Assembly (NCBI GenBank): GCA_025201805.1 | Contig: MU619310.1 | Coordinates: 2,767 to 66,766 of the forward strand | Length of the DNA: 64,000 nt | Direction: 5' to 3' | Source of the DNA: Parasitella parasitica NRRL 2501 | Lineage: Eukaryota > Fungi > Mucoromycota | Shown: positions 38,475 through 52,384 of the stretch, piece by piece | How the letters are laid out: the number at the start of each line of letters is the position of its first letter | Position numbering within the stretch: the stretch's first letter is position 1 | Translations under genes and position numbers: made by a program | Notes under the pieces: model-generated | Databases searched by the model: none | The model's input: the letters and a program-made list of their open reading frames with translations, nothing else | What the model was told of the DNA's origin: nothing

Positions 38475-39523
38475 ATGAGTGCTGGTAAGCTTGCTTGAGT
38501 GCTATAGGAAAACCTCCCAGTAGCTAAAATAATAAAGTCAAGTTTCCCCCTGGTATCAAGGTTTTTAGCAAGATTGCTGATTTCAGACAATGGCGTCGTA
38601 GTCTCCTTTTAGAGCAAAAGACGCTTGGTTATGTGCCTACTATGGGGGCACTTCACCAAGGCCATCTTTCGTTGGGTAGGCGTATACTGTCAAATAACAG
38701 AAACCTTGAGAATAACCATACATTTATAGTACAGGCGGCAAAGGAGCGCTGCGACCATGTAGCCCTCACCGTTTTTGTCAACCCGGCTCAATTTGCCCCC
38801 ACTGAAGATCTCGCCACCTATCCTCGTACCCTACAAACCGATCTTGACAAACTTGCCAATTTAGGGGCTGGAGTTGCATCTGCTGTGCTAGTGCCTCAAG
38901 TGGAAGAGATGTATCCTGCTGGTATTGATTTGGATGTGAGCCGACAAAAGGGAACGTTTGTGGAGGTGCTTGGGCTCTCTAACCAGCTGGAAGGTGTCAC
39001 TCGGCCTAATTTTTTCCGTGGTGTATCTACTGTTGTGTCCAAGTTCTTGAACATTGTTCAGCCTGACGATGTATTTTTTGGGCAAAAAGACATCCAGCAA
39101 TGTTTTGTTATCCGCAACATGATACGAGATTTGCATTTCCCAACCAACATGCACATTTGCCCCACTGTGCGCGATGAAAATGGGTTGGCTCTGTCCTCGC
39201 GAAATGCGTACCTGACACCGTCTCAACGCAAGCACGCACTGGTGTTGTCACAATCACTCAGACACATGGAAGGTTTGTACAGGTCTGGCAATAGAAATGC
39301 TGCCGCCCTTGCTGAAGCAGGCGTGGAGCTGATTGAAAAGGCCCGCCAGCAGGTAGAAGCGTTGGACGAGGGCTGGAAGATCAAGTTGGACTATGTCTCT
39401 ATTAATTCAGCAGATGATTTGACCGAATTAAAGGGAGAGATTCCCAAACAAGATGGCTGTGTGATTAGCATGGCAGTCTTTGTTGGCAGCACTCGATTAA
39501 TTGATAATTTAGTTTTAAATTAA
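38475..39523 (+). CDS. PAN6: Pantoate--beta-alanine ligase (pantothenate synthetase)
   Basis: YVPTMGALHQGHLSL, FVNPAQFAPTEDL, FGQKDIQQ, GLALSSRN and TRLIDN. Two short introns. Confidence 0.95.
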
Positions 39524-39730
39524 ATAATATACGAATTTCATTGTTTTGGGATATTTATAAGTTTCTATGAAATTTTTTCTGTTTTTACATGTAAGGCGTG
39601 TTGATCCTCCCCCCCCCCTCCTCCCCTCCTCCTCAATCGTTTTTTAGTCTTCTTTATCAATTGGTATATCATTGATTTTCTCTTCTTTCGTTTTAATTCT
39701 ATTTTATCTATCTTTTCAGCACAAAAAAAA

Positions 39731-42058
39731 ATGTCGCCATCAAGTACAATTCCTCAGTTTTATTTTCCAAAAGTACACAAACGCACTGATGACACAGCCT
39801 TGTTGATGGTAAGAAACATTGCATTAAATACAATGTAACATGCAATTTGACTTTTTTTNNNNNNNNNNNNNNNNNNNNNNNNNCCACGCAGGAAAAGGTT
39901 AAAAGCGTCTTTCAGCAACATGAATGCATGACAGAACTAGAATTCGAATCGGTTACAACATTGTGCTCATTACCTCGGTTCATGAGTCTAGCGCTTTTCC
40001 GCGCTATTGATATGCTGAATGACCAAAATGATCAAGTTACATTTGAACAATTTGAGAGGTAATGTTTGTTTACCATGATTGTACCCAATAACATTGTTAA
40101 CGATAGAAAATTCAGGAGTTGGCCTATATTAATACAGGAACATATAAAGAAATCATCAATTGATGATATTCATTCTTTAATGTACTTTATCCTCAAAAAG
40201 CCTGAATTGGATTGCTTGACTCCTGATGATTTTTTGCCCGTCTTGGAAGATATTGTATTAAATCACCCTGCATTGCAATTCCTCGAAGACAATATTACAT
40301 TTCAAGAGAGATACAGTGAGTGCAATCATCCCCTATGTGATCAGCAAACCGTTAACACATGCGTTAGTTGAAACTGTAATTTGTAGATTATTCTATGATG
40401 CCAATTGCATAAGTGGCAGATTAACACTGGAAAGCTTTAAAAAGAGTGGAATTGCTTCTATTTTACAAAGTCTAACGCATTCTATCGATCTGTACACTGC
40501 AAGTATAATGTATTTAATCTAAATATAAATACGGGTGTACTTACACATGAAATAGACACGCAATATATTATCCTACAAACAATTTTATGTCCTGTACTGC
40601 AAACTGTGGTCGTTGGATACAGACCATGATTTGACCATCACTGAAACAGACCTCAGCAATTACAATATGGGCACTTTGACACGATTGGCAGTAGAGAGGA
40701 TTATCAAAGTTGGTCACATCGCCGCATTTGCAGATACTATGGTGATTGCGGAAGATGATACAGCCGCAACAGCTCCCTCGACGGATCCACCTGTCAGCTT
40801 GACTTACTTTGACTTTATTTGTATGTTGCTGTGTCATAAAGGAGACGCGTTGCTTAACAATCTAAATAGGGTTTCTGTTGTCAGAGGTAGACAAGAGTAC
40901 GCCGATGGCTATCCACTATTGGCAAGTCCCAAAAATAAACCCACAATGAAATAGAACAATGTAAATATTAACATGCTCTCTATCCAATATAGGTTTCGCT
41001 GTTTAGATATCGATGATGATGGGGTTTTGTCGTCCTACGAACTGGCTCAATTCTGGCAAGATCAGACTATAAAGTATGTGGCTTCATTGTACGCGACAAC
41101 ACTACACTGCTAACTGTTAGAGTCTAGACAGCATTTCTATGGCAGTACACATACAGATGATGGAATACAGTTTGATGACATTATGCGCCAAATGAATGAT
41201 TTAATCCAACCGCAAACTCCAGGCCAATTTACACTCAAAGATCTTAAAAAGAACGGGTTTTTGGCAGAAAGATTCTTTGACACATTTATCAATTATGATC
41301 GGTTCCAAGTCCATGAATCACGCCAAGAAGGTTCCATTCGAGAGCAGCAAGCCTATCAGAATAAAGAGCTTTTGGAAATGGGAGTGTATGGTGCTCAGGA
41401 GCCGGTGATTTTAACAGACGATTTAGGTTTTCCTATTTTGACGTATGTTTGTGTATACAATGCATGTTAAACCGACATTATATACTAACCGCAACTGCAT
41501 AATTTTGACAGTACGTGGAACGACTTTGCAGATATCGAATATCATCGCATCATCTTGGATGAAAATTTTGCTAGTTCTTATGACGACGAAGATCAAGAAA
41601 TTGAGCATAAATCAGTGTCAGAAGACGAAGGTTTAGTCTTTTCTAGGCATACCTCATGCATTGCTGCAACAAGCACAAATCAAGATTCGAAACATACAGC
41701 CAATAAGAATGACCTTATTAAGGAAGACCAACACGACGATAATTCATCAGTTTCATCAGCTACATCCTTCTCCTCTACTGTGTCAGAGCCTGAGCATTCC
41801 CTGTTCCTTTCAAGCATGGCTAGCATAGATATATCCCCAGAGGCAGAAACCGACAGTAACGATGATGAATTTGAAGACGATGAATTTGAGGAGATACTCA
41901 ACTCCTCCTGTATATTTACCCCCAGAACATTGGTAGAGGGAGATGACGGCAAACTAGTGCCCTCTACGAATGATCTCAACAACGCCACTAAATCTTTCTT
42001 TGATTTAAAGACTGAGCATCCCCATCACCAACAGCACAACGTCTCTTTCATTCACTGA
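39731..42058 (+). CDS. PP2A regulatory subunit B'' (PR72/PR130 family, EF-hand), multi-exon
   Basis: IPQFYFP, HPALQFL..FQERY, ETVICRLFY, FYVLYCKLWSLDTDHDL, YWFRCLDIDDDG and TLKDLK..FFDTF. Confidence 0.9.
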
Positions 42059-42461
42059 ACCCCGCGCTTAGAATGTATCATATTCCTGAACAATTCACTT
42101 TAAAGTTTTGTATTATTTTTCTCGTAAATAAACAATTGTATATTATTTAAATTGTTGATATATATACATATATGTGTGTGTACAAAGCATTTGTCTCTAC
42201 AGAGCCTAGTAGAAAAATCAGAGCTGAAGATTTAGTTGTCCTCATTTGCCCCTACTGTTTTGCAAAATACTTTAGATGTCAAAGTCTGGCATACATGAGC
42301 CTGCATGACATTATGTATAGTCAAGGATGGTTATATAAATGTGGTACGTATACGACAATATATAGGATGGTTTATTGGAAATTTGTATGGTAACTGATAC
42401 GGATGATAATTTTTTGTTTGTTGATATATGTGTATATGGTTTATAAGTTACAGATTTTTAC

Positions 42462-42847
42462 TTAACCTCTAATGAAAATACCCTTTTCAAAGACACTGCT
42501 CAATCTTCCCTTTGAGGACTTGTCAATGTGATCCAGACCAAGCGCATCCTCCTCTTGCAGACGGGCCTTGCGAAGCTCAAAATCAGAAGATGAATCAATC
42601 TCCGTGATCTGAGGTTCTGCTGCCTGCAAGTTTCTCAAGATGGTAAATTTCACTTTTTTCCAGTCCATATCACCCAATCCAGTCCGCTTTTGTAGCCTCT
42701 TTTTAGTTTCTTCGAATGGTTCGCCCTTGATGGCCACAAATCTAAATGGAATGCTATGGAACTTTGTAGGTTGGTTATGGTAATGAACAACTTGGATCAG
42801 ACGGTCTTCATCTAAATTCATTTCCAATTCGTCTTTAGGAATAGGCT

Positions 42848-42884
<37 letters not shown>

Positions 42885-45800
42885 CCATTAGCTTTTGCAT
42901 ACAGCATGTGACGCTAAAAAAAGCTTACCTCTGCGTAGACGACGGCTGTTTTATCAACAGCTACATTGTCTACAGTTTGATCAGCCGAGAATTCCTTTGT
43001 CACTTTACCATCCACAGCTTCGTACAGTCGGATCTTGCCTACATCCTTGACCTCCATTTTACCCTTTGCAATGACTTGATCCAGCAATTGACGAACGGAT
43101 CCTGTGCGAGGTAGTAGAGCAGACACCTTGGTTTCCTTGCGTAGATTGGAGCCAATAATATTAACCACAATAGATCGTTTAGATTCCAAATCGGCTACAT
43201 CTACATCCATGATTTCATAATACATGACAGGTATGTTTATGTTTTCAAAACCGACGACTTGAGCATATTCTTGAGGTTTAGGTAAGCCTATCACCATTTC
43301 CTCTAATCGAGTGCCAGGCTTATAGTGGATAACTTCACGGGGTTGGTGGGTGATGTGATTCGATGATGTAAATCGGATTTTGCTGGCTTCGACTTGCAAT
43401 GCATTGCCCAAAGTACTAGCCACTGTGATGTAGTTTGCTGTTCTATCCAGAGTGAGCTGAACTTCTTCACGTACAGTGGTGGCAGTGTTGGGCTTGGGCT
43501 TGAATAAAATGCAAGCTCTGTGGTATAAAGAAGCGAAATAGTCGGGCACAGTAGTGATGAGTCCCTCTTTGGTGAGTTCGTCAGTTTCTTTCTGGGACAA
43601 TGTTTGCTGGAAGCATATAATGTCGCCGTGTTGGATCTCTGCTTTATGGAACGTAATGTCGTTTTTGAGAGGGTCGATTGCTGTAGGCTTGACTTCTTCA
43701 AAGAGCTGGATAGATGTGCTTTTGGGCAACCCAGCTTTTTCTAGCAGTGTCGGCAACATGGAGCCAATCTTTTCATTGGAAGAAACAAACATATGCCCCA
43801 AACCCTTGAACTTTTGCGCCTTGACATCAAAGTATTTGATGAATAAAATCCGCTGATCGTTTCTCAATGCTGGCAACGGTTCGTCTGTTTGAGCGCTTTC
43901 CAAATAAAACTTGACAAATCCACTGAGCTGTGTACCAACGCAAGTAGATTCTCTCATTTTTTCTAAAGCTGCACACAGTTCAATATAACAATTCCACATA
44001 TACCTATGATCGTAACACTTACTTTGTCTTTCGTCAACTGGTGAGACGACATGATCTACACGCACTGTTGTGTTTTGACGATATAGTATGGTCCATAATC
44101 TGAATCTATCAGGGTCCAGCTTATAATGATCCACCAACTGCTGTTTGAATGTGCTGATCTTTTCTGTTTTGAGTGCCTTGAAAACTTGCACGTGGGGAGA
44201 TGCCTCCAAATAACGGTCATCGAATACAGCCAAGTTGAAGCCCTGATAATCGCATAGAGATTCGTCTGTTACGACAGCAACCTTGACATTCAAATGCATG
44301 TCTTGTCGATCTTGTTTGCGTTTCTCGATCGAGGCTTTTTCGTCGTCCAAACGTCGCTTCAAATGCACAGGGATATCTTTTTCCCCGACGGGACCTAGGA
44401 TTTCATCCAGCTTACTCTTTCGGATATACACCAACATGTACGCATTTGTATATCGCTTCATCAGACGCACGCTGTTGACTCGGGCGCTGCCATTCAAGAA
44501 GGGCGGTGATGTGAACCCATTTTGATCTTTGGCAGAGCGAAGTGGCTCATCGCCATAGTTTTCTTCGAATACTTCCTTTGAGGAAACAGGCGTAACTCTA
44601 TCGTCATCGAAGCGGAACCATTTGCCGTTGCTTCCTGGTCGGATTAATGCGAAATAATGGCCACCAGAGATATCGCCACTATGTACCAAGACACTATGGA
44701 AATAAAAAAATAAAATTAAAAAAAATTAAAAAGAGTGTTCTGCAGCGTTGAGCTGATGCGAACCTTACCCATGAAGCTCATAATCGTAAGGGCCATCCTC
44801 GTCTGCTTTGGAGCAGTATTTATCTAGATTGATTTCAGCAGGAAACTCGTGGCGATCATTAATCTAAAGCCCGGTTAGCTGGCGTTGTATCGCCTATTGT
44901 TTCGTATTCACCTTGACCATAGTATCTCTCATGAAATCGTATTCAAAACGTTTCAATTGCAAATGCAACACAGGAGGGAAACTCTCAAAAACGACACCTT
45001 TGTTAGCGTCTTGAAGCCCGTGACCTTCAGCCTGGTACTTGTTGTCGCCTTCCAAGGTTTCTACTGTTATATAATCGTCAAAAGAATCAACCAGGTTTTT
45101 GCAGCCCTTGACATTCAGCTGGATGTCATAATAATCCTCAATGCGCGAAGACTCGTAATCGACATTGATACACTTGATGTAGCTCTTCATTTTGCCTTCA
45201 AACAGCTTGGAGATTGCGCCATCTGCAGGCGTGCCCTTCATTTTTTCCTCCAGCTTATCTTGCAGTACGCGATTGAACTCTTGCACATCGTGCTGCATGA
45301 ATGCCTCCAAGGAATCCCAGCCAAATGATTTAGTCAACTCAAGGGTGCCAACGGGCTCTGACGAGTACTGAAGATTGTAAAAGCAGCGCTGCAGGGCCAA
45401 CGCAACGCTCTTTGTCGGGTTGTCCTTTTCGGTGGGGATCTCAAACACTGCCTTCCTGAATTTGTTGGTGCAATACAGTGATTGCAGCAAAGAGTTCATG
45501 TAGCATGTTGCTCCCTGGTTTTTGATACCGACGTAGCCAGTGACTTTGCGGGAATCGTAATTGTTGAAATTATGCCATAAAACTCCAGTTTCATCTTTGA
45601 CAACGCGGATAAAGGCAGAGATGACTAGTTCGTTGTTGCTGTTGGTCAGAAATGGCCCTTTGCCAGTGGCGGATTGTTGGCCAAGGTCCTCGATATCATA
45701 AAAACGCGTGAATCCCCAGTCGAATTCTTTAGTGTCAAAGCGATGATTGGCGGCTTGAAAGAAGATTGTTTTAGCTACACAAGTATGTCTTGCCTTTGCA

Positions 45801-46480
45801 TGGCCACTTACAGTTGGAGAAATAGCTCGTGGGATCTTGCGGATTAGAGATGGCTAATGCAAACTGAGCACAGATGTGCCAGTCGTCAGCAATGCCGTTG
45901 CCCGTTGAGTTCGCAACTTCGAGATAGACAGAGATTGATTTTTTCTGGTTATTTCCCTTGGGAAACAGCAGGATGCGCCTTGTGTAGCATACAGATGTTA
46001 GTCTCTCTTATCCATGCTGGTACTATAGATTTATCAATATACTCGTACCAAGGAAACCCATTGACATGGAAAACTGGGCTGTGTGCTTTTACTTCTAAGC
46101 TCTTCCAGTTCTTGATATGCCAATGGTAGGAGCCAACATTTTCAGTCTCCAAATCCTTACTTTCCGGTAACATTGTCCTGAGCATCGCCTCGTCTATAAA
46201 GACATTAGTGAATTGCTGATAGCAATTATTGCGAGTACTTACCATCGGTAATCAATGGCTGGCTACTAGCAGCGTCTATAACAGGACTTGTCATTGCTGG
46301 AGCTGCTGTAATTTCTGCCGTTGCTGCCGTTGCTGCCGTTGCTGCAGATTCTTCTTCTGCGGCTGCTGGCGCTGGTGTTGCTTCAGATTGAGGTGGTGGT
46401 GACGATGCTGTAGTAGCTGGAATGTGTGTGTCGAGTGAAGTGTCGTCGTTTCCCAAGTCTTGCTGTCCTTTGTCAACCAT
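42462..46480 (-). CDS. USP7: Ubiquitin carboxyl-terminal hydrolase 7 (USP7/Ubp15): MATH + USP + UBL domains, multi-exon
   Basis: DWGFTRF (MATH), GVLWHNFNNYDS, GIKNQGATCYMNSLLQ, QHDVQEFNRVL, HSGDISGGHY and C-terminal LGLDH...EKGIFI. Confidence 0.95.
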
Positions 46481-46704
46481 AATTACTTTTTAGCAAGAAG
46501 AAGAAAAAAGAATCTTTCTGTTTCTTTATTTGGTTTTATCCCTAGCGCCGGAATTGTAAATAAACAATATATAGTATTTATAAAACACATTGCTGGTGCT
46601 GCCATGCCATCACGTGTAGACGCAATAAGTTGCTGTGAAAATATGCAAATGTTAATATACAGGTATTGTAGCTGAAGATGGATATTCTGATCCANNNNNN
46701 NNNN

Positions 46705-46738
<34 letters not shown>

Positions 46739-47680
46739 CCTACATTTCGTATAAATCAAGTATCAAGGATTGGTAGACTTGATGTAATTACCACGTGTGT
46801 TTTTTGAGTTGCTCAAGAGATGAATTGGACTTGAACTATTGCATGGGAAACTCACAATTCTTCATTCCAAACAATCATAAATTACCTCATCGCAGTAGCA
46901 ACTATGAGCATTCAAAACATATGAAATGCACTACTAATTTTGGCAGTTTGCTACCTTTTGCAACATTTGGCTCACCACAGAGTCCCCACTACTGCAGTGA
47001 TCAATAGCTATTTTGCGCAGCTCTTTCCAATCGCACTGTCTGCCCAATTTGACCATAGTATATATAGGCCTTATTTTTTATTATTATCGTAGAGAACCAT
47101 TAATTCTGTTCTTTTATATTAATCATTTTTGATAATAAACTCTCCAAAAAAAAACCCCTCAATCTTAAGATTATTACGCTCAACACCAAGATTCAAGTTT
47201 TTGTTTCTTTTCAGTTAACACAAGTTATTTTTGCTACCGTATAATATCTCGGAGATAAAAATTAATGTTTGACTTGAAGATAAAGTCTTTTACAAATCAA
47301 GCTTGTATACACTCATTTGCAGTGTTTGAAGTTCGATTACGGAATGGAAAAGTACAGAATCAATATTTTTCGATATTAGATGAAGGACAAGATTTTCTTT
47401 ATTCGGGTAATGCGAAAGTTGAAAAAAATCTTGTTGATGGCACCCATTCCCTGCAACCCATCTATAATATTGAACCCACTGATATCAGAGTATTCTAATG
47501 ATACTGTCTCATTCATGTCTCGTTGAAAAAGGCATCGAGATGATGTATGGACGTGTATTTGTGATATGCCCAGCATTGAGATCATCATGCATTTCAACAT
47601 TACTCACGATTGATACGGTAATAGCCCCACATTTTTTTTATACAGGTGTTTATTAAATTATGCTTGGATGCACCGATTTT

Positions 47681-47983
47681 TTAAACGACTAAACCACCTT
47701 TATATTTGGCGTAACCCAAAACGACAAAGACACCAACAATGAGGCCTACATGTGCCATCGAATTAGGAGGATGGGGCATATACCACTAGACCAAAAAAAA
47801 CTTACCTTGGTAGAAACCGATAGCAGAGGAAGAGGTTAAAAAGTTTTCAGCTTCTTGGACCTTTGGTTTAGCAGTTCGTTTGAGTTCTTCGTAGTCAGCT
47901 CTCAGTTTGGATAATTCCTGCTTGGTTTGTTCAGCAGCCTTGTCGACATTTTCATTGATCTTTTTATCAGTTTGATTAGACAT
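47681..47983 (-). CDS. Small (~80 aa) coiled-coil protein with C-terminal membrane anchor, 2 exons
   Basis: MSNQTDKK...AIGFYQ|gtaagt...tag|GLIVGVFVVLGYAKYKGGLVV*. Confidence 0.7.
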
Positions 47984-49841
47984 TATAATATATTATTTAA
48001 GAGATAAAGAAGAAACAAGTATGATAAACAAAAACACGGCATTTATAGTCGGTTTCAAAGATCGTGAGATGAACCATCCAATTCAAAAAGTGGATAACAC
48101 TCACTGCATAATAATGATGTCAATCATTTTTCAAAGATGTAAAACTCCTATTTTTGGATTTTCCGTGCAGGCAAGAGGATAAGGGTGAGAAGGCAGTGAT
48201 TTCATTTCTCTCACCAAAGGCACTTGTGTTACACGGGTTGGTCAGGAATGCCATATGATCTCGCAATCATTTTCTCTTTTTAAATGAATCTTGTGAGTTG
48301 TAAGAGGATATGGGGTTTCTTTTTTTTTTTTTTTTTAAAAAAAAAATAATAGTTTTAATCAGTCAATTGTATATTTGTGAAAAGAAATCCGTTTCTTTTT
48401 TTTGTGTATATATGCCAGAGTTTGTTTTTTTTTGCGGGTGTGTGTTTGCGGGTGTGTGTCTGTTTGCGAGTGTGATGGCATACGTGATATCTGAGGGAAA
48501 GGGTGCAAAATGTTCATCTGAAGCATCCATTTACTATGCGATCAGCCTAATCCATCTCATAATCAAGTTTATTGATGCCAAAGATTCGAACTCTATGCAT
48601 AACAGGTAATTTTGCTACCAGGACTACCATGAGTGCAGTGAAATTGATACCGAATAAAAACACATCATAGTGTGTATAATGTGTGCTTAATAAAAATCTA
48701 TGATTTTGAAAAACGCACATGTTTAGTCTCCTTCTCCTCCTCTTTGCCTCTTTCTCTCCCAATACAACTTACAATACGATTGGAACAGCAGTTAAAAATT
48801 TACGAGTTGCTGTAAATTGCACACCACCATCAATTTGCTCCCACAATGTCAGGCCATCGTAAGCTCCTTGGTTATTTTCAAACGGTATACCTTGCACCCA
48901 ATGAAACATGATATAGTGACCCTGACGAGAACTATATTAGGACTTTGCATCTGTTTATACACATGATTCGCTTACAAAGTTAAAGGTCAAGTTTGTCAGA
49001 GTCCAGCTCGCCTCTGGTGAAATAAAAGGTATAACTGTGAATAGAGCTTTCAGGGCTACTGCGACAAAGATTGTTGTAATCCACGCGCCTGATTTGTATT
49101 AGTGCCGAGCAAGCGCATTCCTTTGTTTTCTACTGTTACCTTTGTAATTTACCCAAGACGAGTTGAAATTGGGCATGGAACTTTGATCAAGAGCAGTGTA
49201 TGCTTTGTTCTCTTTAGTAGACATGGTAAATTTGCAAATATGTAAGAATCTGGCTTTGCAAAAGTGCTATTATTTTATTGAATTTCGGCTATCACAGTAG
49301 GAAAAGGGGGAGGAAAGGGAAAAAGAATTATAAATAGGCGATTTTGCACAGCAATTTAGGCAAATTTTTATTGCTGNNNNNNNNNNNNNNNNNNNNNNNN
49401 NNNNNNNNNNNNNNNNNNNNNCACGTTAAAACACCGATTTCATGCTCAAACGGGTGTGGATTGAGAAATAACATGATACATGTACTTTTTAGATGGATGA
49501 TTTGTATATTTAGTCGTAAAGACTAAAATAAAAATGTTGTCAATCCACACAGTCAGCCTAGTTACAGATCGACTTTTTGTGTGAAACGATGGCCAACCAC
49601 GTTTTTTTTCCTCCTGTTTGCAACGTGCTTTGAAACCAAAGCCTGACCGCAGTCTACTGTTTTCGTTTAGTGTATGAGCAAAAGTGTTTATTATACGTTA
49701 GTATTAATTTTTTTTCTATAGCAGAAAAGTTTAACGTGAGAAATGTATGTTACATTGAGAAATAGAAATGTACAAAGATAAGAGAGAGAGAGAGAGCAGG
49801 GAGAAGGGAGAGGGGAGAGGGGAGGGTATTTAACAAGGTAA

Positions 49842-50727
49842 TTAATAAAAATCAACTTTGTCGTCCAGAGGTGTAGGAATGCCATAAATGATACGATGTT
49901 GCTGGGTTTTTTGCTTTTTGAGAGTTGGGATATTAGATGCTGACGAAGATGAAAACGAGCGTTTTCCATTCAAATTTACATTGTTGTGCGGTGTGGTATT
50001 GGAAATGTTGTGGCTAGTGTTAGTTTGCAGATTAGCTGGCATGGCTTCTTTCAGTTGCGATTCGAACTTTTGGTAGAGCTCGGTTGAGACGAATAAGCGG
50101 TAATCGAGCATTTCCAACAAAGAGCGTTCTGCACAGTTGATTTCTTTAACAGGCAGTTTGCTAATTTTAGCCCAACTAGCGTTTGTGAACGTATTGTCGT
50201 ACAGATACTTGTGAGCACAGATCAGAGCAGCCAAAAACATGCGGCGGCCGCATTTAACGATAGGGTCAAATTGGCTGCGCTTGGCGATGTGGGGTCTGAT
50301 GCGAAACAGGTAGAAAATGGCTAGCTGGAGGGTGGATCGAGTGGCTCTAGAACGCTTCAAAAGATGGCGAACAAAGACTTGAGTGTTTACAACAGGCTGG
50401 CCTTCCTTGGTGGTTGACATTTCGTTTGGCCAAGAAGTTCTGATGGTAAGGATGGTGATGTCTGCGTGAGATAGGAAGTTAGAATCTGGACATTACTGCG
50501 CAAAGAAATTGTTATTTACCAACCAAGGTGTCAACGTAGACTTTCTGATACTGATTGACGTCGCTTTGATTAATAATAGCATTGACGATATTCGAGGGAG
50601 TGTGTTGATTCATCGACAAGCCTACTATATAGCGATAATACTGCTCCAAACAGTCCACGTCCATCTTTTGCTGTTGCTGATGATGCTGAGGTTGTTGGGT
50701 GGAAATAAAGCTATTATAGTTGGACAT
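49842..50727 (-). CDS. Pho85-type cyclin (PCL5/CLG1-like), 2 exons
   Basis: FVRHLLKRSRATRSTLQLAIFYL, CGRRMFLAALICAHKYLYDNTFTNASWAKIS and EINCAERSLLEMLDYRL. Intron ~50464-50518. Confidence 0.88.
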
Positions 50728-50888
50728 GACGAATAAATGAAACTAAGAAAGAAAAAAAAAAGCGAAAAGAAGATAAGAGCGAGAGGCAAGTATTTATATT
50801 ATCAAGATGGAGGGCTGACACAAAAAGGAAAAACTAGGAAGGCGGGAAGGAGCTGCAATTCCCTATTGAAGCATCTTTTACCAAGCCC

Positions 50889-50976
50889 ATGACTCACGCT
50901 TATATATTATTAGAGAGAGATTATTGCAGGAGCCTTATTGGGAAACCTGACACTTTTTGTACCCCTACTGAGTCAT
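50889..50976. promoter_or_regulatory. Two Gcn4/Cpc-1 (AP-1) sites upstream of the cyclin
   Basis: ATGACTCAC at 50889-50897 and CTGAGTCAT at 50968-50976. Confidence 0.6.
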
Positions 50977-52384
50977 TATCCTTCAAAATTGCATTTATCC
51001 ACACACTAACCAAGACTATCTAAACTCCCCTCTATTTCGGTTCTGCCCCCACCCCTTGACCCTAGGAATAATTCAATTGATTTGAACATGTACATGGTAC
51101 ATTTCTCAATATCTCTCTACATTTTAATTAAAAAAAAAAAAAAAAAAAGACAGAGGTAAATTGTCAATAAAATGAGTAATAAACTTTGCAATCAATGCCC
51201 TTAGAAAAAAATAAATAGCGATGTAGATTAGATGGATGGTTCAGAATTTTCATTAGGCTGGTCTCTTCTTTGCCTGTGAATTTGGGCAACGTTGAGAAAG
51301 TATTGGGGTCGTGTGAAGGTTAAACAGGGCATGATTGGAGCTGAATGATTACTTCCAAGAGTAAATACTTTTCGTTGTGGCTCCAGAACCAATAAAAAAT
51401 TTTAAAGATGACATTACACCAATTAAAACACAAGCTTCGTGTCCCATTTTGTGTATGTAGGGTGTTTCCTGATGCGTATATCAACATAAAGAGAGCTCGT
51501 CCAATCGCTGAAAATGTGCAAAGCTAAGGCCATATTACCAATTTCTTATGCAATTGCCATCTTTCAAGGTGGCAAATGTACGCTATCTGTGCATGAAATG
51601 AGACAACACAAATCTCCTTTTTGTTTATCATTGCCACTGGAATATGCTTGTGCAATTAGATGAAAAAGGGAGTAATATTTTTTTAATCTATTTTGATTGA
51701 TCAAATTCCTTTAACATGCCATCTTCCGCGTTTGCTCTACTACTACGCATGTCATTATTAAAAATACCAGAATTTTGCAAAATCATCAAGCAGAACGAAA
51801 AACACAATATTGAAGAACAATCTGCTTGAGTTGGTCCTCATAAATGTCAAGTCGAGATAAAATTAATCAGAGATATCTATCTCGCCCGATGATGGTGATT
51901 ATTATCTGATTGAATCGGTGCACAGGCAGGATTAAGCATAGACTACGGAATAAACTTGGATTCGGTGATATCCGTATCCTTGCATATCATCCCTTAATTG
52001 TTTCGCACTTTCTTATTAATGCACGCTTCCAACATGATTACAAATTATTTAAATTTACCGATACTTATGACGATAGCAGCAACTTTAGCTTTGTTGGTTC
52101 TAAATTTATATTGTTTCTACAATACGAGAGCAAAAAGATTTTATCATTTTAAGAGTTTTTAATTTTAACTCCTGAAAAAGTTCCTTTGGTACACACAGCC
52201 TAATTCAGATGAGAGGTTCTGGGAAGTGGGGTTTGAGTGTTTTGCAGCCATCTGACATTCCCATCCTGTCAATTGGTCCAACTACCCTTCTCATATTCTT
52301 GTTATACAGTGCCTCCGGTGCCAATTTGCGCTTTTGAAAACTCACTCGCGCGTTTGGGAATCTCAATTAGTGTATTTCTCATAT

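Noticed and set aside
38475-39523. PAN6 as a member of the gentisate cluster
   Set aside because: Housekeeping CoA-pathway gene with no role in the pathway; I did not see a GGA-N6-TCC site upstream. Treated as flank.
47265-47600. 77 aa ORF upstream region
   Set aside because: No motif and an immediate stop; unsupported.
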